Of a stretch of 64,000 nucleotides of DNA, positions 1-11,392 are shown piece after piece. A program made the position numbers and the translations under genes. The stretch is from the human T2T-CHM13v2.0 reference genome, Homo sapiens: NCBI RefSeq assembly GCF_009914755.1, contig NC_060934.1; one strand, given 5' to 3'. Each line of letters opens with the position of its first letter. Position 1 is the stretch's first letter. The notes under the pieces are model-generated. The model had not been told where the DNA came from and ran no database searches. It saw only the letters and a program-made list of their open reading frames with translations.

Positions 1-429
1 TCTGGGAAAGCATCCAGTCAATGGGCATTTTGGGGGGGCCCCTCCACTACCCTTATCTCTCATACACCTTCCCAGATCTCACCTACATAGACTGACCCTC
101 TATACTGACTCCACTATCTGAAGGCTTCGGGGCTCATCTAGTAGCATAGAAGTCTTCTTTGCCATTGGAGATCCCACTAGCCCATCCAGAAGCTTCTTTG
201 GGCCCTTTCCAATGAGTTTCCAGGCTGAGGAGCATCCTGTTTGCCAGGACTTGCTTTTATTGGCCTTAGCCTGTAGCAGCCCCTCTCCCTGGCATGCCTC
301 GGGCTAGAATCTTTTCCCTGCCCTTGATCTTTAGTGCTTCCACTTGGGCCTCCCTCTCCCATGTGCCATGGCAACAGCAGCCCTGAGCTTCATCTGTGAG
401 GCTGTCCCTACAGCCTTCCCTCAGCCATT

Positions 430-950
430 ACCACATTTAATAAATACTCGTCAAGGATCTGGTATATTTCAAGCTCTGTACTACCAGTAGAATGAGGAAC
501 AATGTTAACAACCTACCCTGAGAGTCATGGGGATGGGCAGAGGGAGACAGCCAACGAGAAGGTAAGCAAATAAAATAATTCTGTAGAGTGATAGACTAAT
601 GAAGTAAGAATAGGCAATGCATGATAACAAGCTTTTGGTGTGGGGGACATCTTAGCTGAAGTGGTCAAGGAAGGCACTTCCAGGAGGTGTCACTGAAGCT
701 GAGATTTGGAAGTTGAGAAGGCACCAGCCATGGGAAAAACTTCCCAGGTAGAGGGAAGAGCAAGCACAACAGAGTTTGGCAGATTCCAAGAACTGAGAGA
801 AGCCCGCTCATGGTGAGGGAGGTGAGGGCGGTAAGCCAGGGGTAGGCAGGTGGGAGGTGGAGTTGGAGAGGTGGGCGGGTCCCATCTGCCCGCAGACCTC
901 TTAGGCCAAGAAAAAGAGTTTGCATTTTGGCGTAGGAGCAGTATGAATCT
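430..950 (-). mobile_element. L2 LINE 3' fragment
   Basis: Typical antisense L2 motifs (gtggtcaaggaaggcacttccaggaggtgtcactgaagctgaga; ttcccaggtagagggaagagcaag). Confidence 0.7.
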
Positions 951-1831
951 TGGCCTACCTGCTAGTTTGCAGAGCACGTGCAACCCACACTGCAAAGCCA
1001 GGGAGAAGCCTTTTGACACTGGCCTGTGGCTGAGTATTAACTAGAAGGAAGGGAGAGTTCCAGAGGGCTGACTGCAAACACCTTAGCTTATCTGATCTTC
1101 ACCAGTCCTGTAAGTGGAGATGGTTTTAATCAAGGGCAAAGCTCGCATCTGCTCCCTGCCCCCCCACCCAGGAAGAACCCTTGGGTCCCTGTCCCCTAGA
1201 CAGCTGCCCAGTCAATCCCCGAGTGTCAGCTGCAGGGATCAGCCACCTCACCCGGGCGGCACACCGTATGCATTAGTTGCCAAGATATTTTGCAGCATTT
1301 GTAAAGTGCTGGCTTCTGAAGAAGTAAGGATCTCTGTTATCCCTAATTGTATATTGATTGACTGACTATATAGTGGCTTTTGAACTGTGAGATTTTGGTC
1401 ACATTTCGGTATTTTGTCTTCATTCATCTCCCCTCCCCAACTCTCCATCAAGACACCATCCATGACCTCTGGCCTTCATCTGTGGCTGGTTAGCGAGATT
1501 GACAACCCTCTGGAATGCCCTGGAGACACTCCTGCATTGGGACAGAGGTTGGACCAAGGTCTCAGAGGTCCCTAAGGACCTTCTCAGCTCTGGAGCTGAA
1601 GGTGCCACTGCCCAGGAAGAGAAGGCATGGAACCAAGGGAAGCAGAGGAGGCCTTGCAGGATGGGGATGAGTCACACAACTCCTGGCCTCGTGGGTCAGG
1701 GGACCAGGCCACTGTCTGTCCTTGGAACACTCCTTGTTTCTCCAAACTCCTGGTTTGTCCTCACCTCCTCGGCATTCTTTCTCCCTCTCATGGTCCCTGA
1801 AATGTTGTCCCTCAGGATTCTATTTGAGGCC

Positions 1832-2190
1832 CTGTATGGTTTCCTGTGCCTTCTATAACAAATTACCACAAACCTCACAGACTAACACAAGATAAATTTA
1901 TTATCTCACAGTTCCAGGAACAAGAAATCCAAAATCAGTTTGACTGGGTTGAAGTCAGGGTGTCCGCAGGACTATGGTCCCTCCACAGGCTCTGACGGAG
2001 AATCCTTCCCAGGCCTCCTCCAGCTTCTGCCATCTGCCCGCATTCCTCAGCTATGGCCACATCACTCCAATCTCTGCCTCTGTGGTCACATCGCCTTCTC
2101 CTCTTCTGTTTTAAATCTCCCAGTCTTTTTTTTTTTTTCTGCCTGTAACATTCACAGGTTCCACAAATCAGGATGTGGATACCTTTACGG
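1832..2190 (-). mobile_element. MLT1 (MLT1C/D-like) MaLR LTR
   Basis: ataacaaattaccacaaac...ttattatctcacagttc...ggagaatccttccc...catcactccaatctctgcctctgtggtcacat. Confidence 0.75.
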
Positions 2191-2523
2191 TTTTTATTTT
2201 TTTATTTTTTTATTTTATTTACTTATTATTATTATTATTTGAGGCAGAGTTTCATTCTCTCGCCCTGGCTGGAGTGTAGTGGCGTGATCTCGGCTCTCTG
2301 CAACCTCCACCTCCCAGGTTCAAGCAATTATCCTGCCTCAACCTCCTGAGTAGCTGGGATTACAGGCTCCCACCATCACTCCAGGCTAATTTTTATATTT
2401 TTAGTAGAGATGGGGTTTCGCCATGTTGGCCAGGCTAGTCTCTAACTCCTCACCTCAAGTGATCCGCTCTCCTCAGCCTCACAAAGTGCTGGGATTGCAG
2501 GTGTGAGTCACCATACCCTGCCA
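2191..2523 (-). mobile_element. AluS element
   Basis: Full dimeric Alu in reverse with T-rich tail. Confidence 0.93.
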
Positions 2524-2609
2524 ACCTTTACCTTTTTTTAGAGGGAGGCTTTATTCAGACCACCCCAGGCTCTTTGTCTTTCAGCATTCTCTACCTGTTT
2601 GCCTGAAAA

Positions 2610-2770
2610 AGACATGAGCTTTGGGAGGTTGAATTCTTAGCTCCTTGACCCTGGGCACAGGGCACATACTTACCCCTCTGAGCCTCAGTCTTATCATCTG
2701 GTAAATAGGGCTAACAGCAGCAGCGACCTCATGGAACTGCCCAAGTGCTCAGCACATAAAAGGTGATGAG
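2610..2770 (+). mobile_element. MIR SINE
   Basis: MIR core: ttgaccctgggc...ctctgagcctcagtcttatcatctggtaaataggg. Confidence 0.7.
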
Positions 2771-3394
2771 CACATCATATTTCCTGTCTCTTTTTGTCTC
2801 TGCTCCAACCATCCAGAAAGGGATTTTAAACATCAGGACTGCTGAGCAGCTTCCAACTATGGGATTTTTAAGATATGGTGTTAATTGTTTCCATCTGTCT
2901 GCCAGGGTTGAGGTGCTATAAACATCCCATTTTCAACCTTAGCAAAATGCCTCAAATATCTCCATGACACCCTAGGAAGGAACCAGGAAGAATGTGGGAC
3001 TCCCAAGGAATCGAAGCTCTCAGAGCGATCTTTTCCTCTCTTCTCCTTTTGTTCCTTCGGTCTCTCTTCATTCCTTCTCCCTCTGGACATTTATTAAAAA
3101 CCATCTGCCCACAGTCAGAACCAGAGATCTGAACAAAACTTGCCAGAAGGCAAACTGCATTTTTCCCCTGAAGGAGGAAAAGACTATCCTGCCTCTGCTA
3201 GGCCCTAGTTAAAGAGTTAAAGGTGTCAAGGCTCTTATCTTCTGGAATTCTCTCACAGTCAGCTTCCCAGAGCCTGACCTTGAGTGAGTGAGTGATGCTG
3301 ACATTGCATCACTATCACCTTCTCCACACAGACCCTTCCCTGCCCTGTTTTCTACCCCACAGCCCCTGATTTAAATAGTGGCTACAGCACTGAC

Positions 3395-3520
3395 ACAGTA
3401 TGACCTTGAACAAGGACACTCTTCACATCTCATTTACCCATCTACAAAACGGAGATGCTGACTCCTACCTTACAAGGTGGGTGTGAAAAACAGAACAAGC
3501 TAATGCAAGAAAGGCAACTA
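3395..3520 (+). mobile_element. MIR SINE fragment
   Basis: tgaccttgaacaag...cccatctacaaaacggagatg...acctTacaagg. Confidence 0.55.
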
Positions 3521-4562
3521 GAGAACACCCTACCACTCTTCAGGATTCCAAGGTGGCATCTTGCATTCGTAGATGAGAGGATGCACACTAGTACAGAGAA
3601 ATATTTTTCGGCATTCAGAGCATTTTAGAGTAGTGTTTCTCCCATCTTCAATCTTTTACATCCCGTTTTCCCAGTGTTTGCCACATTCCCATCTCACTTG
3701 TACAATTAAGACAAGTTTTTTCATTTAAATGCATTTATTTTAAAAGGATACTACATATCATTATAGTAAATGGAAAGTTAGTATCATCAGATGTAAATAG
3801 AAGGTAATTATAACTATTTTATAAAAATTATTGAATTATTGCCAAATAAAATTGCCTTCAAAAGGCTCTGAGCCTGGGCATGATTTTTCATTATGAAAGA
3901 AGCAATTAGTTTTAGAAACATGTAAAGTCTATTTCTGAGCAGACTGTCTTCTTGACATAATCTGAAAAATTGAAGTAAAATGTCAAGAGCATCATTCAAT
4001 GTTATTAATGCAGTCATGTTCCACCTGGGTTCCATGGCCCCACCTGTCCTTCTCTAAGGCTTCAGGGCCAGTTACAATGTAATGTGACCGCAGTGTGTAT
4101 TAGTTGAATCCTCACCAATTATACTTGATGATAATTACTTCTAAGGAGAGTAGCCCTTTACAGCTTACAGAGTTTTCATAAACTTCTGTGATTCACACAA
4201 AAATCCTTAAAAATAAAAAGGCAAAAACGATCCCCACTTCCAGATGAGTAAACTAAGAATTTAATTGACTTAAGGTCACAAAAGCCACACAGCTAGTAAA
4301 TTTAAATTTCTGCAAAAGTGGAAGGCTGGGGTTTTGAGCTAACAAGACTAATTAAAGCTATATGGGTTTAAATTGGTCTTCAATTTATTAAAGTTCTGAA
4401 TTTAAAAAGCAACTTTGTCTCGAACCTTTAAATTTAAAGTATTATGCGCTATTAATCTAGTGACTTGTATATAAGAAGAACGATTTCACATGATGTTTGA
4501 TTAATATGTAATGTATTCTTAATCTGTTGGTGATCTCCAGAGAAACAGAACCAGTAGTACAT

Positions 4563-4620
4563 GAATGTGTGTGTGTAAGTGTGTGTGTGTGTGTGTGTGT
4601 GAGTATACACACATACACAT
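4563..4620. repeat. (TG)n microsatellite in a short MLT2-like fragment
   Basis: Directly visible. It follows ctccagagaaacagaacca, an MLT2 terminal motif. Confidence 0.85.
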
Positions 4621-4885
4621 TTTTTTTTTAATCTTAAGAAGAAGGAAGCTAAGGTCATAGCCTGGGGTAATAGACTCACTATTCATAGACTTATAGAGCA
4701 AGTACATACCCTTTTCTCCCACCTTATCACCTCATCACCAGGACTCCTGCATAAGAACAGCAGATGACAGCTAAAGAACAGCAAGGCCCAGATTCTACTT
4801 AAGAAGGAGTTTCTAGGAAAAGGTAAAGACAAGAAGGGAGAGAAAAACAAGAACAACAGAAAAAATTGAAGTCTCAGATACCTAC

Positions 4886-5558
4886 TGTATTAGGGTTCTC
4901 CAGAAAGACAGAACCAATAAGATGTATAGATATAGATATAGATGTAACCAATATATAATATTGGACAGGATATCCAAGAACTGTGGAACAATTACAAAAG
5001 GTATAACATATGTGTAAAAGGACACCAGAAGGAGAAAATGGAAAAGAGTAGAAAAATATGTGAAACATTTAAGGTAATAATGGCTAAGAATAGATAGATA
5101 GATTGATAGATAGATAGATCTATATATATATGTAGATAGATAGATCTATATACATATATGTATAGATAGATATAGATAGATATCTTATATATTATAGAGG
5201 CTGAGAAGTTTTACAATCTGCTATCTACAAGCTGAAGACCCAGGAAATGCAATGGTATAATTCAGTCCAAGTCTGAAGGCCTAACAACCACAGAAGCCAA
5301 TGATGTAAATCCCAGTCCAAGGGCAGGAGATGAGATGAGATGTCCCAGCTCAAGCTGGGTAGGAAAAAAGGGATGAGTGTCTCCTTCCTGTGTCTTTTGT
5401 TCTATTACAGCCCTGAATAGATTATATGATGCCTGCCCATAGCACAATTCAAACTCTGATCTCTTCCAGAAATACCCTCACAGACACGTTCCAAAATAAC
5501 ATTTCATCTGGGCAGCCCATGGCTTCATTAAAATTGACACATAAAATTAATTATAATA
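4886..5558 (-). mobile_element. MLT2 (ERVL) solo LTR with 5-bp TSD CCTAC
   Basis: tgtattagggttctccaga...ttgacacataaaattaa termini; CCTAC at 4881-4885 and 5559-5563; internal (TAGA/TA)n at 5090-5190. Confidence 0.88.
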
Positions 5559-7691
5559 CCTACAGCTATAGCAAACAGTAAACACAGCACTACTACTAGC
5601 CAGATAATCATAAATGCTCTCACTAAAGGTCTGTTTATCTCAGTTCCTATTACCCCATACATCATGTCCAGCTTTCAACAAAAAATTACAAGTCATGTAT
5701 AAAAACAACAAAAAACTCAGTTTAAAGAGATAAAACAAGTGAAAGAACCAGACTCTGATATAGCAGAAATCTTGGGATTATCATACCAGAAATGTAAAAT
5801 AACTATGATTAATATGCTAAGTGTTCAAATGGAAAAGGTGGGCAAGATGCAAGAATAGATGGGTAAAATGTAAGCAGAGACATGGAAATTCTAAAAATAG
5901 AAAATTTCTTAAAAGTTAGCAATCAACAGCATTGCAAGAGAAATGAAGAATGCCTTTGGTGGGCTCATCCAGTAGATTAGACACCTTCAAGGAAAGAATC
6001 AAGGAGCTTAAAGATGTGTCAGTAGAAACTTCCCAAATGGAAATGTGAAGAAAACAAAGAATGAAGAAAAATGGAACAGAATATCCAAGAACTGTGGAAC
6101 AATTTCAAAAGGTGTGACATATGTGTAAGGGAATACCAGAAGGAGAAGGTGGAAAAGAATAGAAAAAATTTGAATAATGGCTGAGAATATTTCAAAATTG
6201 ATAACAGACACCAAACCACAGATCTAGGAAGCTTGGAAAGCATCAAGCAAGATAAATAAAAAAAACACATGTAACCCTAAACTTAAAAGTTAAAAAAGCA
6301 AAAATAATGGTAAATTAATATTCCCCAGCAAAAAAAAGTGAGAGAGAGAGAAATGTAACTTACATATATAGCAGAAAAAGGATAAGAATTACAATGGGCT
6401 TCTCTTCACAAACTGTTCAAGTAAAAAGATCGTAGGACGTAATATTTAAAGTGTAAAAATAAAAAAACTACCAATCTAGAACTCTGTATACTGCAAAGTT
6501 AACATTCAAAGTGAAAAGAAATAAGACTTTCTCAGACAAACAAAACTTCTGAGTATATTGGTCACCAGTAGGCTTGCCTTGCAAGAAATTTTAAAAGTTC
6601 TTCAGAGAGAAGGAAAATGATACAGAAGAGAAACTCAGATCTTAAGCCATTTATTTCCCTTATTCTTAATTGATCTAACAGATAACTGTTTTTCAAATTA
6701 TAATAGCAACAACATCTTGGGTGATTATGCCTTATAAATAAGTAAAATAAATGCCAGTCAGTTATAAAGGCTGGAAGGGAGAAACGGGTATTACTCTGTA
6801 ATATGTACCTGTACTACACATGAGCTATTTGAAAGTGGATTTAAATTTGTTGTAAATGTATACTGCAAACTCTAGAGCAACTACTAGAAATATTTTTTAA
6901 AAGAAGTATAACTTACATGCCAAAATAATATAAAATGCTCAATTACAACTAGAGAAGGCAGAAAAACACGGGAAGATCTTAAAAAGAAACAAAAACCAAT
7001 TGCAACAAATAGAAAACAGTTATAAATATGGTGGCTATTAATCTAACAACATCAATAATCACTTTAAATATAAAGGTCTAAGTATGCCAGTTAAAAGACA
7101 GAAACTGACAGAGTAGATTAAAAAATAAAACCCAGTTATGTTGTCTAGAAGAAATCCCCTTTAAATATGAAGGCACAAATAGGTTAAAAGTAAAGGGAAG
7201 AATAAAAAGATTAATTTTAAGAAAACTAAAAGGATGTAGACAGATATACTATGCTAACACAAATTAAAAGAAAGCTGGAGTAACCATCTTAACTTCAGAC
7301 AAAGCAGACTTCAGAATAGAGAAAATTATCAGGAATACAAAGGGGTATTACATAATGATAGAGGTCAATATTCCAAGAAGACATAACAATCTCTGATGCA
7401 TATGCACTTAACAACAGAGCATCAGAATACATGACATAAAAACTGGTAGAACTGCAAGGAGGAATAAACAATCTACTATTATACCTGGAGACTTCAGCAC
7501 CCCTCTATCAGGGATTAACAGATCCAGCAGACAGAAAATCAGTAAAGACGTAGTTAAACTAGACACACTGCCAAAGAACTGGATCTAGTTGATGGCTGTA
7601 GGCTATTTTATCCAACAACAACAGAATGCATATTCTTTGCAGTTTCACATGGAACACTCACCAAGATATATCACATTTTGGGCCATAAACT

Positions 7692-7861
7692 TTATTGATT
7701 TATTTATTTATGTTTATTTATGTATTTATTTTTTGAGACAGGTTCTTGCCCTGTTGCCCAGCCTGGAGTACAGTGGTGCAATCTTGGCTCACTAGTAACC
7801 TCCACCTCCTGGGTTCAAGCAATTCTCGTGCCTCAGCCTCCCAAGTAGCTGAGATTACAAG
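7692..7861 (-). mobile_element. 5'-truncated Alu (right arm, AluJ/S)
   Basis: (TTTA)n tail plus reverse right monomer. Confidence 0.88.
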
Positions 7862-9843
7862 TTTAAAAGTACAGAAATCATACAAAGTATGATTTCTCTC
7901 ATGGAGATTTGGTTCTGTCAGTAGAACCAAACTGCAAATCAATAACAGAAGGATAGCCAGAATATCCTCAACTATTTGGAGATTAAACAACACACTTCTA
8001 AACAGCAAATGGGTCAAAAAGGAAATCTCAAGATAAAATAAAAAATATTTTTAACTAAACAAAAATGAAAATACAAGTTACCAAAATTTGTGAGATGCAA
8101 TGAAGGAAGTACTTATACAGAGACTTCTAACATTAAATGCATATATTAGAATAGAAGAAAGATCTAAAATTAATAATCTAACCTTCCACCTTTAGTAAAC
8201 TACAGAAAAAATAACAGCATGAACCTGAATAAAAGAAAGCAAATAATAACAAATTAGAACAGAAATCAATAAAATTGAAAACAGAAAAACAATAGAGAAA
8301 ATCAACAAAACTAAAAGCAGATTATTTGAAAACAACAACAAAACTGATAAACCCATAGCCAAGTAACCAAGAGAGAAAAAAAAAGAGAGAAGATGTAAAT
8401 AACTAAAATCACAAATGAAATAAGGGCCATCACTACTGATCCCATGGATATTAAAAAGGATAATATGCCCACAAATGTAATGACTTAGATGAAACGGACC
8501 AATTCCTTGAAAGTGAAAATCTATCAAAACTCATACAAAGAGAAATAGATCATCTAAGTATGCCTATACGTATTACATAAATTGAATTAATAATTAATGG
8601 CCTTCCAAAACATAAAGCACCAGGCCCAAAGGATTTCACTGTTAAAGTCTACCAAACATTTAAGGAAAAGATGACGCTAATTATCTGCAATCTCTTCCAG
8701 AAAATAGAAGCAGAGGGAACATTTCTTAATTCATTCTATGAGGCCATAATTGTCCCAATACCAAAACCAGATAAAAATCTTGCAAGAAAGTAAAACTACA
8801 GATCAATAGTTTTCATGAACAAGGATGCAAAACTCTTCAAAATATTAGCAAATCAAATCCAACAATGTATAAATATAATCATACACCATGACCAAGTGAA
8901 ATTTAATTCAGGTATGCAAGGCTGGTGTGAAAATTTATTAATGTAACCCACCACTTTCATGGACTAAAGAGAAAAATTATATAATCAAATTTATTAATAC
9001 AGAAAAAGCATTTAACAAAATCCAACAGCAAATCATGATTAAAAACTCTCTGTTAACCAGGAATAGAAAGAAACTTCTTCGACTTAATCTTTTTAAAATA
9101 TGTAAAAAAAAAAATCTACGGCCAACACATGACCTAAGGGTGTGAAACTAGATGTATTCCTGCTAAGATCAGGAAAAATACAAAGATGTCCCCTCTCACC
9201 ATTGGAAGTCCTAGCTAATGTAATCAGACAAGAAAAGGAAATAAAAGGTATATAAATTAGAAAAAAAGAAATAAAGTTATCTCTGTTCCGAGATGATATG
9301 ATTGTCCATGTATGAAATCTCAAATAATGAACAAAAAACCTCCTAAAACTAATAAGTGATTATAGAAACATTGCAGGACAAAAGGCTAATACACAAAACT
9401 CAACTGTTTTGACTTTAATTAACATCAGCAATGACAACTGAAATGTGAAATTATAAACACAATATCAATTATTATATTAACACCAAAAAATTTTGAAGTA
9501 TGTAGAAATAAACCTAACAAAATATGTATAAGATCCCTATAAGGAAAACTACAATATTCTGATGAAAGAAATAAAAATATTTGTTTTAAATATTTTTAAA
9601 ATCTAAATAAAGGAAGAGTATTCTATGTTCACTGAGAGAAGACTCAATATTGTTAAAATGTCATTTATTCTCAACTCGGTCTGTAGATTTAATCCCAGAA
9701 ATTTATTTTGTGAATATCAACAACTAATTCTAAAGTTTAAATGAAAAGGGAAAACAAGTCACCTAGAACAGACAACACAATACTGACGAAGAGAAACAAA
9801 GTTGTAGGACTGATCCAACTATCCAACTTCAAGAGTTACTATA

Positions 9844-11379
9844 CCAAGGCAATCCTATACAAAAAGAACAAAGCAGGAAGCATCAAGCTACCCAACTTTA
9901 AACTACACTACTGGGCTACAGTAACCAAAACAGCTTGGTACTGGTACAAAAACAGACACATAAACCAATGGAACAGAATAGACAGCCCAGAAATAAGGCC
10001 ACACACCTACAACTATCTGATCTTCAACAAAGCTGACAAAAACAAGCAATGAGGAAAGGACTTCTTATTCAGTAAATGGTGCTGGGATAATGGCTAGCCA
10101 TATGCAGAAGATTAAAACAAAACTCCTTCCTTAAACAATTATATAAAAATAAACTCAAAATGGATTAAAAACTTAAATGTAAGACCCAGAACTATAAAAA
10201 CTCTGGAAGACAAAACCTAGGCAATACCATTCTGGACACAGGCACTGGCAAAGATTTTATTACGATGATGTCAAAAGCAATTGCAACAAAAGCAAAACTT
10301 GAAAAATGGAATCTAATTAAACTAAAGAGCTTCTGCACAGCAAAATAAACTATTAGTACAGTAAACAGACAACCTACAGAGTAGGGGAAAATATTTGTAA
10401 AATATGCATCTGGCAAAGGTCTAATATCCAGCATTTATAAGAAACTTAAGGAAATTCATAAGAAAAAAACAAACAACCCCATTAAAAAGTGGGCAAAGGA
10501 TATGAACAGACACTTTTCAAAAGAAGACATACATGCAACCAATAAGCATATGAAGAAAAGTTCAATATCACTGATCATTAGAGACATGCAAATCAAAACC
10601 ACAATGAGATACCATCTCACACTGGTCAGAATGGCTATTAATAAAAAGAAAAAATAACAGATGCTGGTGAGGTTGCAGAGAAAAGGGAATATTAATACAT
10701 TGTTGGTGGGAGTGTAAATTAGTTCAACCATTGTGGAAATCAGTGTAGAAATTCCTCAAAGAGCCAAAACCAAAACTACCATTTGACCCAGCAATCCCAC
10801 TACTGGGTATATACCCAAAGAAATATAAATCGTCGTATCATAAAGAAATACGCATGTGTATATTCATTGCAGCAGTATTCACAGTGGCAAAGACATGGGA
10901 TCAATCTAAATGTCCATCAATGGTAGACTGGATAAAGAAAATGTAGTATATATACACCATGGAATATTATGCAGCCACAAAAAAGAATGAGATAATGCCC
11001 CTTTCAGGAACATGGTTGGAGCAGGAGACCATTATCCTTAGCAAACTAACACAGGAACAGAAAATCAAATACTGCATGTTCTCACTTATAAATGGGAGCT
11101 AAATGATGAGAACATATGGACACAAAGTGGGAAACAACAGACACTGGGTCCTACTTGAGGATGAAGACTGAGAGAAGGGAGAGGAGCACAAAAAATAACT
11201 ATTGTGTCCTAGGCTTAGTACCAGGTTTATAATATAATCTGTACAACAAACCCTGGTGACACGAGATTTCCCATATAACAAGCCTGCACATGTACCCCTG
11301 TACCTAAAATAAAAGTTTAAAAAGTAAAATAAAAAATAAAAACTTCTAATATGCATTCTTCAATTTAAAAAAGAGAAAA
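9844..11379 (+). mobile_element. 5'-truncated L1PA15/16-like element with 13-bp TSD
   Basis: ORF2 C-terminus ([18 protein letters not shown]), L1PA-type 3'UTR and poly(A); TSD AAGAGTTAC/TTATA at 9831-9843 and 11380-11392. Confidence 0.9.
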
Positions 11380-11392
11380 AAGAGTTATTATA

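Larger units (their letters stand above)
4640..9843 (+). mobile_element. Old L1 (L1MC/L1MD class): 5' region, ORF1 and ORF2 remnants, interrupted by MLT2, Alu and L1PA
   Basis: A-rich plus strand with degenerate ORF1, endonuclease (ggagacttcagcacccctctatca) and RT (gcaccaggcccaaaggatttcact; gatgatatgattgt) sequence. It resumes after the L1PA at 11393. Confidence 0.88.
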
